Shown here one piece after another: positions 1 through 8,887 of a stretch of DNA of 64,000 nucleotides; within the stretch, counting starts at the first letter, position 1, and the number at the start of each line of letters is the position of its first letter. This DNA is from an uncultured Candidatus Saccharibacteria bacterium (GTDB taxonomy: Bacteria > Patescibacteriota > Minisyncoccia > Phycocordibacterales > SBAW01), in the NCBI GenBank assembly GCA_964615415.1, contig CAZTNI010000003.1:143235-207234 (forward strand), given 5' to 3'. Below the pieces are notes generated by a model. It had not been told where the DNA came from. It ran no database searches and saw only the letters and a program-made list of their open reading frames with translations. The translations under genes and the position numbers were made by a program.

Positions 1-882
1 GTACTGGCGCTCAAGGCCAATGCGCTCTAAACGGCGGTCTGCAACATGCTCAACGTACTGCTTCACCGACGCAGGCGTAAGGCCCAAGATGCCGCGTGGG
101 AGTGCATCGTCCGCATACTTCTTTTCAAGCTCTACGGCGCGCTTAATATTTTCAGTGAGCTGCGCTTTATACTCAGGTGTCCAAATTGCCGGATTTTCTG
201 CAACGATGGTGTTAATGAGGTCTGCACCGAAGGCAAGGTGTACCGACTCGTCACGCAGAATGAATTGGAACTGCTCGCCAACACCGACCATGCGGTTTTT
301 GCGCAGCATCGAGAGCATCATGGCAAAGCCTGCGTAAAAGAAGATGCCTTCCATGATCACGTAAAAGCCCACAAGGTCGTGTACGAACTTCTGAATATTT
401 TCCGTACCCTGGGTATTAAAGTTCGGGTCAAACACCGACTTCGTCATTTCTACTACAAAGTCATCCTTCTCGTGGATCGAGGGGATCGTTTGGTACATGT
501 TGTAGATCTCGTCTGGATTAAGCCCAAGCGTGTCGCAGCAGTAAATGAAGGTGTCGGTGTGCACTGCCTCTTCGTATGCTTGGCGCAGCAAGTACTGGCG
601 CGACTCTGGGTTAGTGATGTGGCGGTAAATGGCAAGTACGAGGTTGTTTGCGGTCAAAGACTCTGCAGTAGAGAAGAACCCGAGGTTCCACATGATCATA
701 CGGCGCTCGTCTTCAGAAAGGGCGCCAGCTTTCTTCCAAAGCTCAACGTCTTGCTGCATGGAGACCTCTTCCGGCACCCAGTTGTTAGCCACACCCTTTT
801 TGTAGTGCGTACGTGCCCACGGATACTTCATCGGAAGTATCTTGTTTGGATCTGTCGTCGATGCGCCGTTGATGATTGCCAT
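1..882 (-). CDS. nrdB: Ribonucleotide reductase small subunit (R2), partial; C-terminus runs off the window start
   Basis: The minus-strand translation from the ATG at 882-880 reads MAIINGASTTDPNKILPMKYPWARTHYKK...EEAVHTDTF...IMEGIFFYAGFAMM, a ferritin-like diiron R2 fold. There is no stop before position 1. It is absent from the ORF track because it is open-ended. The radical-site residue aligns to Phe (EAVHTDTF) rather than Tyr. Confidence 0.85.
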   Translation of the reverse strand, partial: MAIINGASTTDPNKILPMKYPWARTHYKKGVANNWVPEEVSMQQDVELWKKAGALSEDERRMIMWNLGFFSTAESLTANNLVLAIYRHITNPESRQYLLRQAYEEAVHTDTFIYCCDTLGLNPDEIYNMYQTIPSIHEKDDFVVEMTKSVFDPNFNTQGTENIQKFVHDLVGFYVIMEGIFFYAGFAMMLSMLRKNRMVGVGEQFQFILRDESVHLAFGADLINTIVAENPAIWTPEYKAQLTENIKRAVELEKKYADDALPRGILGLTPASVKQYVEHVADRRLERIGLERQY

Positions 883-998
883 ACTTGTTACTTATGAGAG
901 TAATAATTTTGTATTGGACAGTAATTTTACCAAGTGGGGGAGAAAAGGGGCAACACTTTTGCATACAAAACGCCTTAAATGGAGCCTTGTATAGGGGA

Positions 999-1027
999 TT
1001 GACAAATACACCATTTGGGTGTATAAT
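999..1027 (+). promoter_or_regulatory. Consensus sigma70 promoter (TTGACA-17-TATAAT); the spacer carries the palindrome ATACACC-N5-GGTGTAT
   Basis: TTGACA lies at 999-1004, a 17-nt spacer follows, and TATAAT lies at 1022-1027. A GGAGG RBS sits 6 nt before the ATG at 1103. The palindrome spans 1007-1025, with ACAC...GTGT ends like an NrdR box. Confidence 0.6.
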
Positions 1028-1102
1028 TAACGCTGTCACGATGTGACCCTACACGATACCTAACCCATTTGGTATCAAGGCAATTTCGCCAGGTAGGAGC
1101 AA

Positions 1103-1573
1103 TTGGAGGTTCAAATGGGAGACCGTACGTACATTGAGAATTTCACTAGAACTTTGATGGGTCAGATCGGCACCAAAGTCGATCGCTTCATGCATCACAC
1201 TACCAAACATCTTCTCGTGCAGGAATTGGTGCCGATGTATTGGACCCGGATCCATTATCGCATCGGGCTTCTTGGAGACGAGGCTCTAGGCAAGCTTGCT
1301 TGCTCGGGGATTGGCACAACGCACGAGGTTCGTGACGTGATGTCCATGAAAGAAGTCCACGAGTTTCGGCCCGCGTGGCTTGATATGGAGCATGATGGGC
1401 GGGTAATTGTTCGCTGTGTTGCCACCACGGCTGTCATAGCCGCAATGGCTGACTATCTCTGGAATGAGAAGATGCGGCGTATCGACTTCGAGCACACCAG
1501 TGAATTCCGCGATGAAGCTCGTGCCTTCCGGCGCGGCGAGGAGATTGACCTTTCAAAGTCGTCCCTCGGCTAG
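1103..1573 (+). CDS. Hypothetical protein (156 aa) transcribed divergently between nrdB and nrdA
   Basis: The ORF has a consensus promoter, a GGAGG RBS, and an intrinsic terminator immediately downstream. I recognised no family. Confidence 0.55.
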   Translation: MEVQMGDRTYIENFTRTLMGQIGTKVDRFMHHTTKHLLVQELVPMYWTRIHYRIGLLGDEALGKLACSGIGTTHEVRDVMSMKEVHEFRPAWLDMEHDGRVIVRCVATTAVIAAMADYLWNEKMRRIDFEHTSEFRDEARAFRRGEEIDLSKSSLG

Positions 1574-1594
1574 TTCTGCTCCAATGCCCCGTGC

Positions 1595-1640
1595 GAAGAA
1601 GCCCCAGCTTCTCGCCGGGGCTTCTTTATTTTTTATACTT
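1595..1640 (+). terminator. Rho-independent terminator (GAAGAAGCCCC...GGGGCTTCTT + T-run)
   Basis: A perfect 10-bp stem is followed by TTTATTTTTTAT. Confidence 0.7.
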
Positions 1641-1646
1641 ACTTTT

Positions 1647-4600
1647 TTACGCAGAACAGCTTTCGCACGCTTCGCCTATTATTTCGATCTTTGGACGGTT
1701 TGTTGGGGCAGTGCCAAACGACGGCATTGGCGTTGCTTCAGTAAACGACGCTGCCATGACACCGCTTGGTTGTGTCGACTCTGGCATTGCTGCCTGGAAG
1801 GCAACTACCGGTGACATACTGGCCATGCCGCGCTCCATCTGGGCATAGTTGTTACCAGAAAGCTGTACCGGTGAGGGAATAGACTCCATAGGCGACGTGG
1901 TGCGCACGCTTGTCATAACCGTTTCTTCAATAATGACTGTTGAGGCAACAGGTTGAGCAGGGGTAGCGGTGTCAGACTTCGAGGTGCCGCCGAATTTTGC
2001 CAAGTTAACGGTCGACTTTTCAATGCGCGATGCGCCAAGGGTGCGGAGGTAGTACGTCGTCTTCAAACCAAGACTCCAAGCGTATTGGTAGATGTCTGAA
2101 AGTGCTTTACCCGACGTTCCGCCGTAGAAGATGTTGAGCGACTGTGACTGGTCTATCCAGCGGCCGCGGTAGGCAGCAGCCTTGATGAGCCATGCTGGGT
2201 CGATCTCAAACACTTCTTTGTATTTGTCTTTAATTGCAGGAGGGATTTCCTCGATCTCTTGAATAGAGCCGTCGTGGAACTTAATTTTCTCGAGCATATC
2301 GCTGCTCCAAAGGCCCATGCGCTTAAGGTCATCTACCAAGTATTCGTTAACCACCATAAAGTCGCCGGCCATGTTGGACTTCACGTAGAGGTTTTTGTAG
2401 ACAGGTTCGATCGTTGGGTAGCAACCTGCGATGTTTGCAGTCGTTGCGGTTGGCGCGTTAGCCATGGTGTTGCTGTTGCGCATACCCCACTGGCGTACTG
2501 CTTCGCGGACCAGTCTCCAGTCGAGCGTTTCGTGGCGAGGTACCTCAATGCGGACGCCGCGCTCCTGCTCAAGCATGCTGAGCGTGTCGTTCGGGAAGAT
2601 ACCACGATCCCACTTAGAGCCTTTGTAGGTCTCGTACGTACCGCGTTCCTTTGCAAGGAGTGCTGAGGAAAGTATCGCGTGGTAGGCAATAACCTCCATA
2701 CTCTCGTCGGAAAAGCGTACTGCGTCGTTAGAGTCGAAGTTAAGGTTGAGCTTGTAGAGCGCGTCTTGGAGACCGCGGAGTCCAAGGCCGACCGGGCGGT
2801 GCTTCATGTTCGAGCGCTTCGTCTTTTCCGTAGGGTAGAAGTTAACGTCGATAACGTTGTCGAGCATGCGCATAGCAACCGGTACGACGCGTGCCACTAA
2901 GTCGCGGTCGAAGCGACCGTTGGTGACAAAGCTGCCGAGGTTGATAGAACCGAGGTTACATACTGCGGTTTCCGTAGCAGAGTTGTTAAGCGTAATTTCG
3001 GTGCAGAGGTTTGAGTTGTGGACGACGCCAACGTGGTCCTGTGGCGAGCGGACGTTCGACGGGTCCTTCCAGGTGATCCATGGGTGGCCTGTTTCGAAGA
3101 GCATGGTAAGGTGCTTCTTCCAGAGTTCGCTTGCGCGGATTTTCTTAAACATAGGAATCTTGCCTTCCTCTGCCATACGCTCGTATTCCTCGTAGCGCTG
3201 GTCAAACTTCTTGCCGTAAATGTCATGGAGCTCTGGCACATCAGACGGAGAGAAGAGCGTCCAATAGCCGTCTTGTGCAAGACGCTTCATGAACAGGTCG
3301 GGGATCCAGGTTGCAGTGTTAAGGTCGTGTGCACGACGGCGTTCGTCGCCTGTATTTTTACGGAGCTCAAGGAAGTCTTCAATGTCCGCGTGCCAGTACT
3401 CCAGGTACACAGCAGCAGCGCCACGGCGGCGGCCAGAACGATTGATAGAAATAGTTACGTCGTTCGCAATCTTAAGGAACGGAATAACGCCCTGTGACTC
3501 TACACCAGTTGATTTGATGAGCGAGCCAGTAGCGCGAACTGGAGTCCAGTCGGTACCAACGCCGCCTGCGTACTTCAAGAGCTGCGCATTGTCTTTGTAT
3601 GAGTCGAAGATCTGGTGGAGGTCATCCGGCACAGTGTCGAGGAAGCACGAAGAAAGCTGCGGCAACTTCAAACCCGCATGGTAGAGGGTAGGAGATGACG
3701 GCATGTAGTACATCGCCGACATAATTTCGTAAAACTCTATAGCGTAGCGGTTGCGGTCTTCAGGAGTTTTTTCTGCGAGCGCACAGCCCATACCAACACG
3801 CATCCAGAACATCTGCGGGGTTTCAAGCAGGTGGCGTGTGCCGTGTACGCGGGAAAGGTAGTTTTTCTCGAGCGTTTGGAGGCCGAGGTACTTAAACTCG
3901 TTATCGCGTTCAATCTGGAGCGCGTCTGCAAGGCGTGGAAGGTCGAAGTCGAGCATGCGTGGGTCAAACTGGCCAACGTCGACACCTTTACGGATAGCGT
4001 TAATAAAGCCGTTTTTATGAGCTTCTTCAAACTTGCTGTAGTCTACTTCTCCAAGGACGTCGCGATACATAGACTGCAGGAGGAGTCGGCTCGCAACCAT
4101 AGAGTACGCAGGGTCACGTTCGATGAATGAGCGTACGACCATGATAAGAACCTCGTGGATTTCGGTGGTTTTGATACCGTCGAACATTTCCTGGCGAACC
4201 TTAGCAATAACTGCAGGGGTGTCGACTGCACGGTCATAACCTGCTGCTGCGCGCAAGAGGGTGCGGGTCAGCTTACTCTCAGAAAAGCGCTCCTTGCTGC
4301 CGTCGCGTTTGGTAATAAAGAGGGCATTTTCGACAATTTTTTCAATGACTTCTTGTTTTTTCTCCTCGCGGATCTTCTCGTGTTCGTAGCGGTAAATGAT
4401 GTACGACTTTGCTACGGTAAAATAGCCGCGTTCCATGAGAGCGTTCTCTACAAGGTCCTGGATATTCTCAACGGTCGGTATAAAAGCAGTGTTGCCGAAT
4501 TTTGCATCAATGGAATCTGCCACCACGCGAGTAATTTCAACGGCTTCAGACTCGTGTGCGTCGCCCAGTACAGCTGCAAACGCTTTTTTGACGGCTACGG

Positions 4601-4667
4601 TGATCTTTTCCGGATGAAAGTCAACGATTTCGCCATTTCTCTTTTTTACTTTTTGGGTGGTTGCCAT
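1647..4667 (-). CDS. nrdA: Ribonucleotide reductase large subunit (R1) with two N-terminal ATP-cone-like segments and a long low-complexity C-terminal tail ending in CESC
   Basis: The protein is 1006 aa. The first ATP cone is VKKRNGEIVDFHPEKI and the second is ITKRDGSKERFSESKL. The catalytic core motifs are NLCTEI and GxxSxPTL-like. A roughly 120-aa S/T/P/A/M-rich tail terminates in GEACESCSA, a redox-active Cys pair as in class Ia R1. Confidence 0.9.
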   Translation of the reverse strand: MATTQKVKKRNGEIVDFHPEKITVAVKKAFAAVLGDAHESEAVEITRVVADSIDAKFGNTAFIPTVENIQDLVENALMERGYFTVAKSYIIYRYEHEKIREEKKQEVIEKIVENALFITKRDGSKERFSESKLTRTLLRAAAGYDRAVDTPAVIAKVRQEMFDGIKTTEIHEVLIMVVRSFIERDPAYSMVASRLLLQSMYRDVLGEVDYSKFEEAHKNGFINAIRKGVDVGQFDPRMLDFDLPRLADALQIERDNEFKYLGLQTLEKNYLSRVHGTRHLLETPQMFWMRVGMGCALAEKTPEDRNRYAIEFYEIMSAMYYMPSSPTLYHAGLKLPQLSSCFLDTVPDDLHQIFDSYKDNAQLLKYAGGVGTDWTPVRATGSLIKSTGVESQGVIPFLKIANDVTISINRSGRRRGAAAVYLEYWHADIEDFLELRKNTGDERRRAHDLNTATWIPDLFMKRLAQDGYWTLFSPSDVPELHDIYGKKFDQRYEEYERMAEEGKIPMFKKIRASELWKKHLTMLFETGHPWITWKDPSNVRSPQDHVGVVHNSNLCTEITLNNSATETAVCNLGSINLGSFVTNGRFDRDLVARVVPVAMRMLDNVIDVNFYPTEKTKRSNMKHRPVGLGLRGLQDALYKLNLNFDSNDAVRFSDESMEVIAYHAILSSALLAKERGTYETYKGSKWDRGIFPNDTLSMLEQERGVRIEVPRHETLDWRLVREAVRQWGMRNSNTMANAPTATTANIAGCYPTIEPVYKNLYVKSNMAGDFMVVNEYLVDDLKRMGLWSSDMLEKIKFHDGSIQEIEEIPPAIKDKYKEVFEIDPAWLIKAAAYRGRWIDQSQSLNIFYGGTSGKALSDIYQYAWSLGLKTTYYLRTLGASRIEKSTVNLAKFGGTSKSDTATPAQPVASTVIIEETVMTSVRTTSPMESIPSPVQLSGNNYAQMERGMASMSPVVAFQAAMPESTQPSGVMAASFTEATPMPSFGTAPTNRPKIEIIGEACESCSA

Positions 4668-4681
4668 GAGACACTACTTAC

Positions 4682-4704
4682 ACTATTAAAAATAAGTGAC
4701 ACTG
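4682..4704 (-). promoter_or_regulatory. Possible NrdR-box-like imperfect palindrome in the nrdA 5' UTR
   Basis: CACTATTAAAAATAAGTG plus the overlapping AGTGTCACT lie between a TATAAT (minus strand, 4730-4725) and the nrdA ATG. They have ACAC/GTGT-type ends and AT-rich centres. Confidence 0.3.
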
Positions 4705-5079
4705 TTGGTTCGAACGGACTATTATTATACCTCTCGACCCTCTCTTTTTTTACAAAAAAATCCTGTGCATAAGAGATAGGAGCACATTTGTTGCCAAAGA
4801 CGCAAAAAATCAGTAAAAAAGTTGTTCAAACGCACTATTTTTTACTGCAGAGAGAAAATTTTCTACAAACTTGTAGGTAAAAACGGCGCGCGTCTCCCAC
4901 TTTGTGCAGTTTTACGTATCTTCATCTAGCGAGAATGGCTACTCGAAGGGAGGGTAGGTGCTTGTGCAAGACGGAAGGGTCCATACACATAGGTAAGGAG
5001 CGTAAAGCCTACGATAGCAAGTATGGTCACACTAATACCCCACATTTTCATGAGGAAAAGTATATCACGCAGTGGCGTT

Positions 5080-6354
5080 CTAGAGCGGTGTTACGCTAAG
5101 CGTGTGGATGCGATGCGGCACGCCGCCTGGGTCGCGGCTCCACGCCTCAAGACCAACTGTGCCGCTTGCAGAGGATCCTCTTAAGTCCGCGGAAAGCACC
5201 TTTTCTCCGTTAAGGTAGCAATGGATACGATTTCCCTCTACAGCAACAGCGTGTTGCACGTTTTTCCATTGGTCGATGTTAGGAACAGGGAGTTCAGGAG
5301 CTTGTGCGAGCATGACTGATTCGCCATTGATCACCTGATAGATTTGTGCGAACGCTCCATACGCAGAGTATGCGCAGCTTGCGTAATTGGTTTCGTCAAC
5401 ATAGCGTGCAAGGAGGGTAAAGGTGGTTGGCGTGCCCCAGTCGACGGTAGTATCCATACGGTAGTTTTGCCATCCGCGACCGCCCAACAGTATCGTCGCA
5501 CTGTAGGTTTCCTGGGGCGTTAATCCAAGGAGCGCTTCTTGTGCGCTAAAGCGGAAGGTGCCGTTCGGTGCGTACCACAAACCTGCCGAAAGTGGCGTAA
5601 ACGTGATGTTGTAGGGAAGTGGTAGAGGCGTTGCTTGAGAAAGCAGTTGGGAAACTGTTGGTGCTTCGGGTCCACCTGTTACTGTTTGTTCAATCCATCG
5701 CTCGGTCGGGGTTGCATTGGAAACGAGCTTAATGGCGTCGAGGTAGACCGTGCTTGGTGCGCGCGCGATGATAGATATTGTTCCTACAGTAGCAGGTACG
5801 TAGCCACCAAAGTTTAGGAGAGGAATAGTAACCTGCTGCCAACTTCCTGTAGGGAGTGTGTGGTTCGGGAAGTACCAACCGACAGACTGACGACCAATAA
5901 GCTGATCGTTTTTGTCGTGGATTTCTACGTACAGATTGTCTACTCCTGCTTGAGCAAAAAATGCCAGCGAGACCCCGTTATAGCCTCGAGTTACGGTACC
6001 AGGACCCTCGATACCAACGCCGCCCCAGTCCTCGGTTGTAGTGAATGCAAGTCCGTGAGTGCCGTCAAAGTAGTGTGAGTCGGTTCGCCAGTTTGCACTC
6101 CCGCCCCACGCCCAGTAGTCAAACCCAAGCGGCACTGATTCCGTAAAAAAGTAGGGAGAGGTGGTAGAGACTGCTAACGTAGGAATTTGCGTATCCACGT
6201 TGTCGAGCGCGTGGGCGTTCGGGAGGACAATGGCAGGAAGTTGTTGAGGGGCGACGTATTGAATGATCCCGTACGCAGTAGCTCCGCCACCAATAATAAG
6301 AGCGGCGCATGCGGCAAAAAAGTATTTCCAGAATCGGTCAGTCTTGGTTTTCAT
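5080..6354 (-). CDS. Membrane-anchored secreted protein with concanavalin/LamG-like (DUF1080-like) beta-jellyroll repeats
   Basis: It has an N-terminal TM helix followed by Trp/Gly/Thr-rich repeated beta-sandwich-like segments. Its start codon overlaps the stop of the next gene (ATGA at 6351-6354). Confidence 0.6.
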   Translation of the reverse strand: MKTKTDRFWKYFFAACAALIIGGGATAYGIIQYVAPQQLPAIVLPNAHALDNVDTQIPTLAVSTTSPYFFTESVPLGFDYWAWGGSANWRTDSHYFDGTHGLAFTTTEDWGGVGIEGPGTVTRGYNGVSLAFFAQAGVDNLYVEIHDKNDQLIGRQSVGWYFPNHTLPTGSWQQVTIPLLNFGGYVPATVGTISIIARAPSTVYLDAIKLVSNATPTERWIEQTVTGGPEAPTVSQLLSQATPLPLPYNITFTPLSAGLWYAPNGTFRFSAQEALLGLTPQETYSATILLGGRGWQNYRMDTTVDWGTPTTFTLLARYVDETNYASCAYSAYGAFAQIYQVINGESVMLAQAPELPVPNIDQWKNVQHAVAVEGNRIHCYLNGEKVLSADLRGSSASGTVGLEAWSRDPGGVPHRIHTLSVTPL

Positions 6355-8756
6355 ATATTGCTGGTTTGCTGTTGTGTCTGAGGATTAATCGTGTTGAGGA
6401 AGAATCGCTGCGTGTCACCTACTTTAGCAAACTTGTTCCATTTGGTGCCGGTGCCTTCTATAGCGCATACTACGCCCTTGATTACGGTGTAGTAGAGAAG
6501 TTGGCGGTAGAAGACACGCTGCAGCGGTACAAAAACGAGGAGCTTCCATGCGCCGCGTTCGCCGCGGAGGCCAAAGGTAGCGTACGCGATGTCGAATGCA
6601 GTAAAGAGGAGGAAGGGTATGAGTAGTCCTTTTGCGCCAGGGAGAAGGAGCCCCACCACGAGCGCGGTGTCCATAATGGGGTAGAGGATAGGAAGAGCAA
6701 TACTAAAGATAAGATTGTGCGGCAACACCATGAACCCAATCGGACGATGCGGTTGGTCGATCATGGCACGCTTATGCTTCCAGAAGCATTGAATAGTGCC
6801 GTAAATCCAGCGGAAGCGCTGCTTGAGGAAATTTTTAAGCGTGTGCGGTGTTTCTGTGTACGCACGCGCGGTTGGCTCGTAGCGGATCTTGTAGCCAAGC
6901 TTAAGGATCGAGAGCGTCATGTCTTGGTCTTCAGCCAGGGTGCTGGTGTCGAAGCCGCCTGCATCCATAACCGCTTGGCGTCGCCAGGTTCCTGCTGGTC
7001 CAGGCACCACACCTACAGCACCAATGCGAGAGAACGCCTCTTTGTCGATATTTTGTCCCACCATGTATTCGATCGCTTGAAAACGATCGATTAGTGACTT
7101 TTGTCCCGTGGTGTAGACCTTGCCCGCTACTGCCCCAACTGCAGAGTCTGCAAAGTGGCGCACCATGGCAGTCAGTGCGCCAGGGTCAAGCGCTGCGTCT
7201 GCATCAAGCACTGCAATAAGGTCGTAGCTTGCAGCAGCACAGCCGATGTTAAGGGCGCGCGCTTTGCCGCCATTTTCAACACTAATAAGTTGAATAGCCT
7301 CGTCTGGATATTCTTTAATAACCGCCTGCACGATAAGTGGTGTGGCGTCTGTTGAGCCGTCGTCAATAACAATAAGCTCTTTCTTTTTGTGAGTGCTATG
7401 AATAAGGCTTTCAAGCGATGATCGTATATTTTCCGCTTCGTTCCAGGCAGGGATCAAGACAGAAAGCCCTTCTTCTGTGGCGCGCGCCTCGTCCCATACC
7501 ACTGCCTTTTCCCGTTTAACGAATGCAAAGATACCCAGGAGGAGTGCAACACGAGCAAGACCGAACACGAGTCCTAAAAATACCAAAACCGCAAAAGCGT
7601 TCGTGCCGTGGGCTAGGAAGTAAATAAAGCCTCGTTCAATAGCGGTGATCGGAGTTTCTTGTGTCGGCGTAGACGCGTGTGCAAGGGGGAGCGCAGGCAT
7701 TTGTGCCGATATGCTGCCGATAAGGTTGCGGGTTGCTGCGTCTGCAATGCCGGCACGGGCAAGATCCAGATCTTCAGGACTAACGAGTTTATTGCGTATT
7801 TGGAAGGAAAGCAGAGCGGCTTCAGTTTGTTCGTCGAACACGCCTGTTAATGCATACGGACTCAGTTCTCCTTGCTTGTAAAGAAACCACTGGAGCTTAG
7901 ATACGTCTCCTGCGGTTTGTGCGTTGGTCATGCCGCGGCGCAAAGTAGTGGCAAGGGTAATGTGCGACGGCGGTACAAGGAGCTCATCGAGCGTCACGAG
8001 CTGATACCCATTACCCGTAAGCCAGGTAATAATCTCATCAATATCGGCCGCAGTGTATTCGTTGTCGTGCAGGAGCACAATGTGGCCTGATTCAACGTTA
8101 TTTTGGAGGCCGTGTATCACGTCATCGGTTGATTTTGCTTGCCAGTCCTTAGTATCGATATCAATACCGACCGGAAGATAGCTTTGTTCCATGGACCATG
8201 TATTTGGCTCCAATGTTTCGATGTGTGGGTTCGGTACGCCGTCTATGCCGATCGTTAAGAGGAACGGTGGACGGTAGTAGGTTGGCTCAACCCCGGTAAT
8301 GCGTTCGATCAAAAACCCGGTGGTGTGGAGCTCAAGCGCAAGACGAACCCGCGAGCTGTGTACCTGAGGCGAGTGAGTAAAAGAGTGGTTGCCGATACCA
8401 AACCCGCGATCGCTCGCTTCTTTAACAATTTCCGGGTTTGCCAACACGTTGCTCCCCATAAAAAAGAATGTGCCCGGCACTTGGTGCTTCTCGAGCGCGT
8501 CCATGATCGTGCGCGTATAGGGGACAGTAGGTCCGTCGTCGAAGGTGAGCGCAATTTTTTTATCATTTGCGGCACTGTGGTAGTAAAAAAAGTAGTCCTG
8601 TACGTCTTGGTAGGTAACAGGTGGTCGCGTCGGGGCAAAAAAGATGAAGTGGAAAATAAACAGGAAGGAAGACGCAAGGAGAATAGCAATAACGCTTACG
8701 ACAAAAATACGAAATAGGATTTTGCGGGTTGCTGAAGCAGCGACGAAGATCGGCAT
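6351..8756 (-). CDS. Multidomain exopolysaccharide synthase fusion: NodB-type polysaccharide deacetylase + peptidoglycan-binding domain + processive family-2 glycosyltransferase (PgaC/IcaA-like) with C-terminal TM helices
   Basis: The deacetylase motifs are LTFDDGP and HSFTHS. The PG-binding-1-like segment is LQWFLYKQGEL...EAALLSFQ. The GT2 motifs are VLIPAWNEAENI, DADAALDPG and QRFRW (the Q(R/Q)xRW processive motif). There are multiple TM segments. Confidence 0.8.
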   Translation of the reverse strand: MPIFVAASATRKILFRIFVVSVIAILLASSFLFIFHFIFFAPTRPPVTYQDVQDYFFYYHSAANDKKIALTFDDGPTVPYTRTIMDALEKHQVPGTFFFMGSNVLANPEIVKEASDRGFGIGNHSFTHSPQVHSSRVRLALELHTTGFLIERITGVEPTYYRPPFLLTIGIDGVPNPHIETLEPNTWSMEQSYLPVGIDIDTKDWQAKSTDDVIHGLQNNVESGHIVLLHDNEYTAADIDEIITWLTGNGYQLVTLDELLVPPSHITLATTLRRGMTNAQTAGDVSKLQWFLYKQGELSPYALTGVFDEQTEAALLSFQIRNKLVSPEDLDLARAGIADAATRNLIGSISAQMPALPLAHASTPTQETPITAIERGFIYFLAHGTNAFAVLVFLGLVFGLARVALLLGIFAFVKREKAVVWDEARATEEGLSVLIPAWNEAENIRSSLESLIHSTHKKKELIVIDDGSTDATPLIVQAVIKEYPDEAIQLISVENGGKARALNIGCAAASYDLIAVLDADAALDPGALTAMVRHFADSAVGAVAGKVYTTGQKSLIDRFQAIEYMVGQNIDKEAFSRIGAVGVVPGPAGTWRRQAVMDAGGFDTSTLAEDQDMTLSILKLGYKIRYEPTARAYTETPHTLKNFLKQRFRWIYGTIQCFWKHKRAMIDQPHRPIGFMVLPHNLIFSIALPILYPIMDTALVVGLLLPGAKGLLIPFLLFTAFDIAYATFGLRGERGAWKLLVFVPLQRVFYRQLLYYTVIKGVVCAIEGTGTKWNKFAKVGDTQRFFLNTINPQTQQQTSNI

Positions 8757-8887
8757 GATGCAGTAAGACAGATACTAGTCAGAAGAATATGAAACGAATA
8801 TGTGACGATTGCTATTGTTGTACTTCGATAGTATACCTCAGCAACTGCTAGACAAGTAGGTATTTTTTTGGGTATAACACTTCGACA

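Noticed and set aside
46-897. 283-aa plus-strand ORF at the window start
   Set aside because: It is antisense to a clear ribonucleotide reductase R2 reading frame on the minus strand (MAIINGASTTDPNKILPMKYPWARTHYKK...). The plus-strand product has no recognisable features.
4865-4878. Perfect palindrome CTACAAACTTGTAG upstream of nrdA as an operator
   Set aside because: It lies next to the probable terminator of the upstream gene and is more simply part of that hairpin region. There is no second copy.
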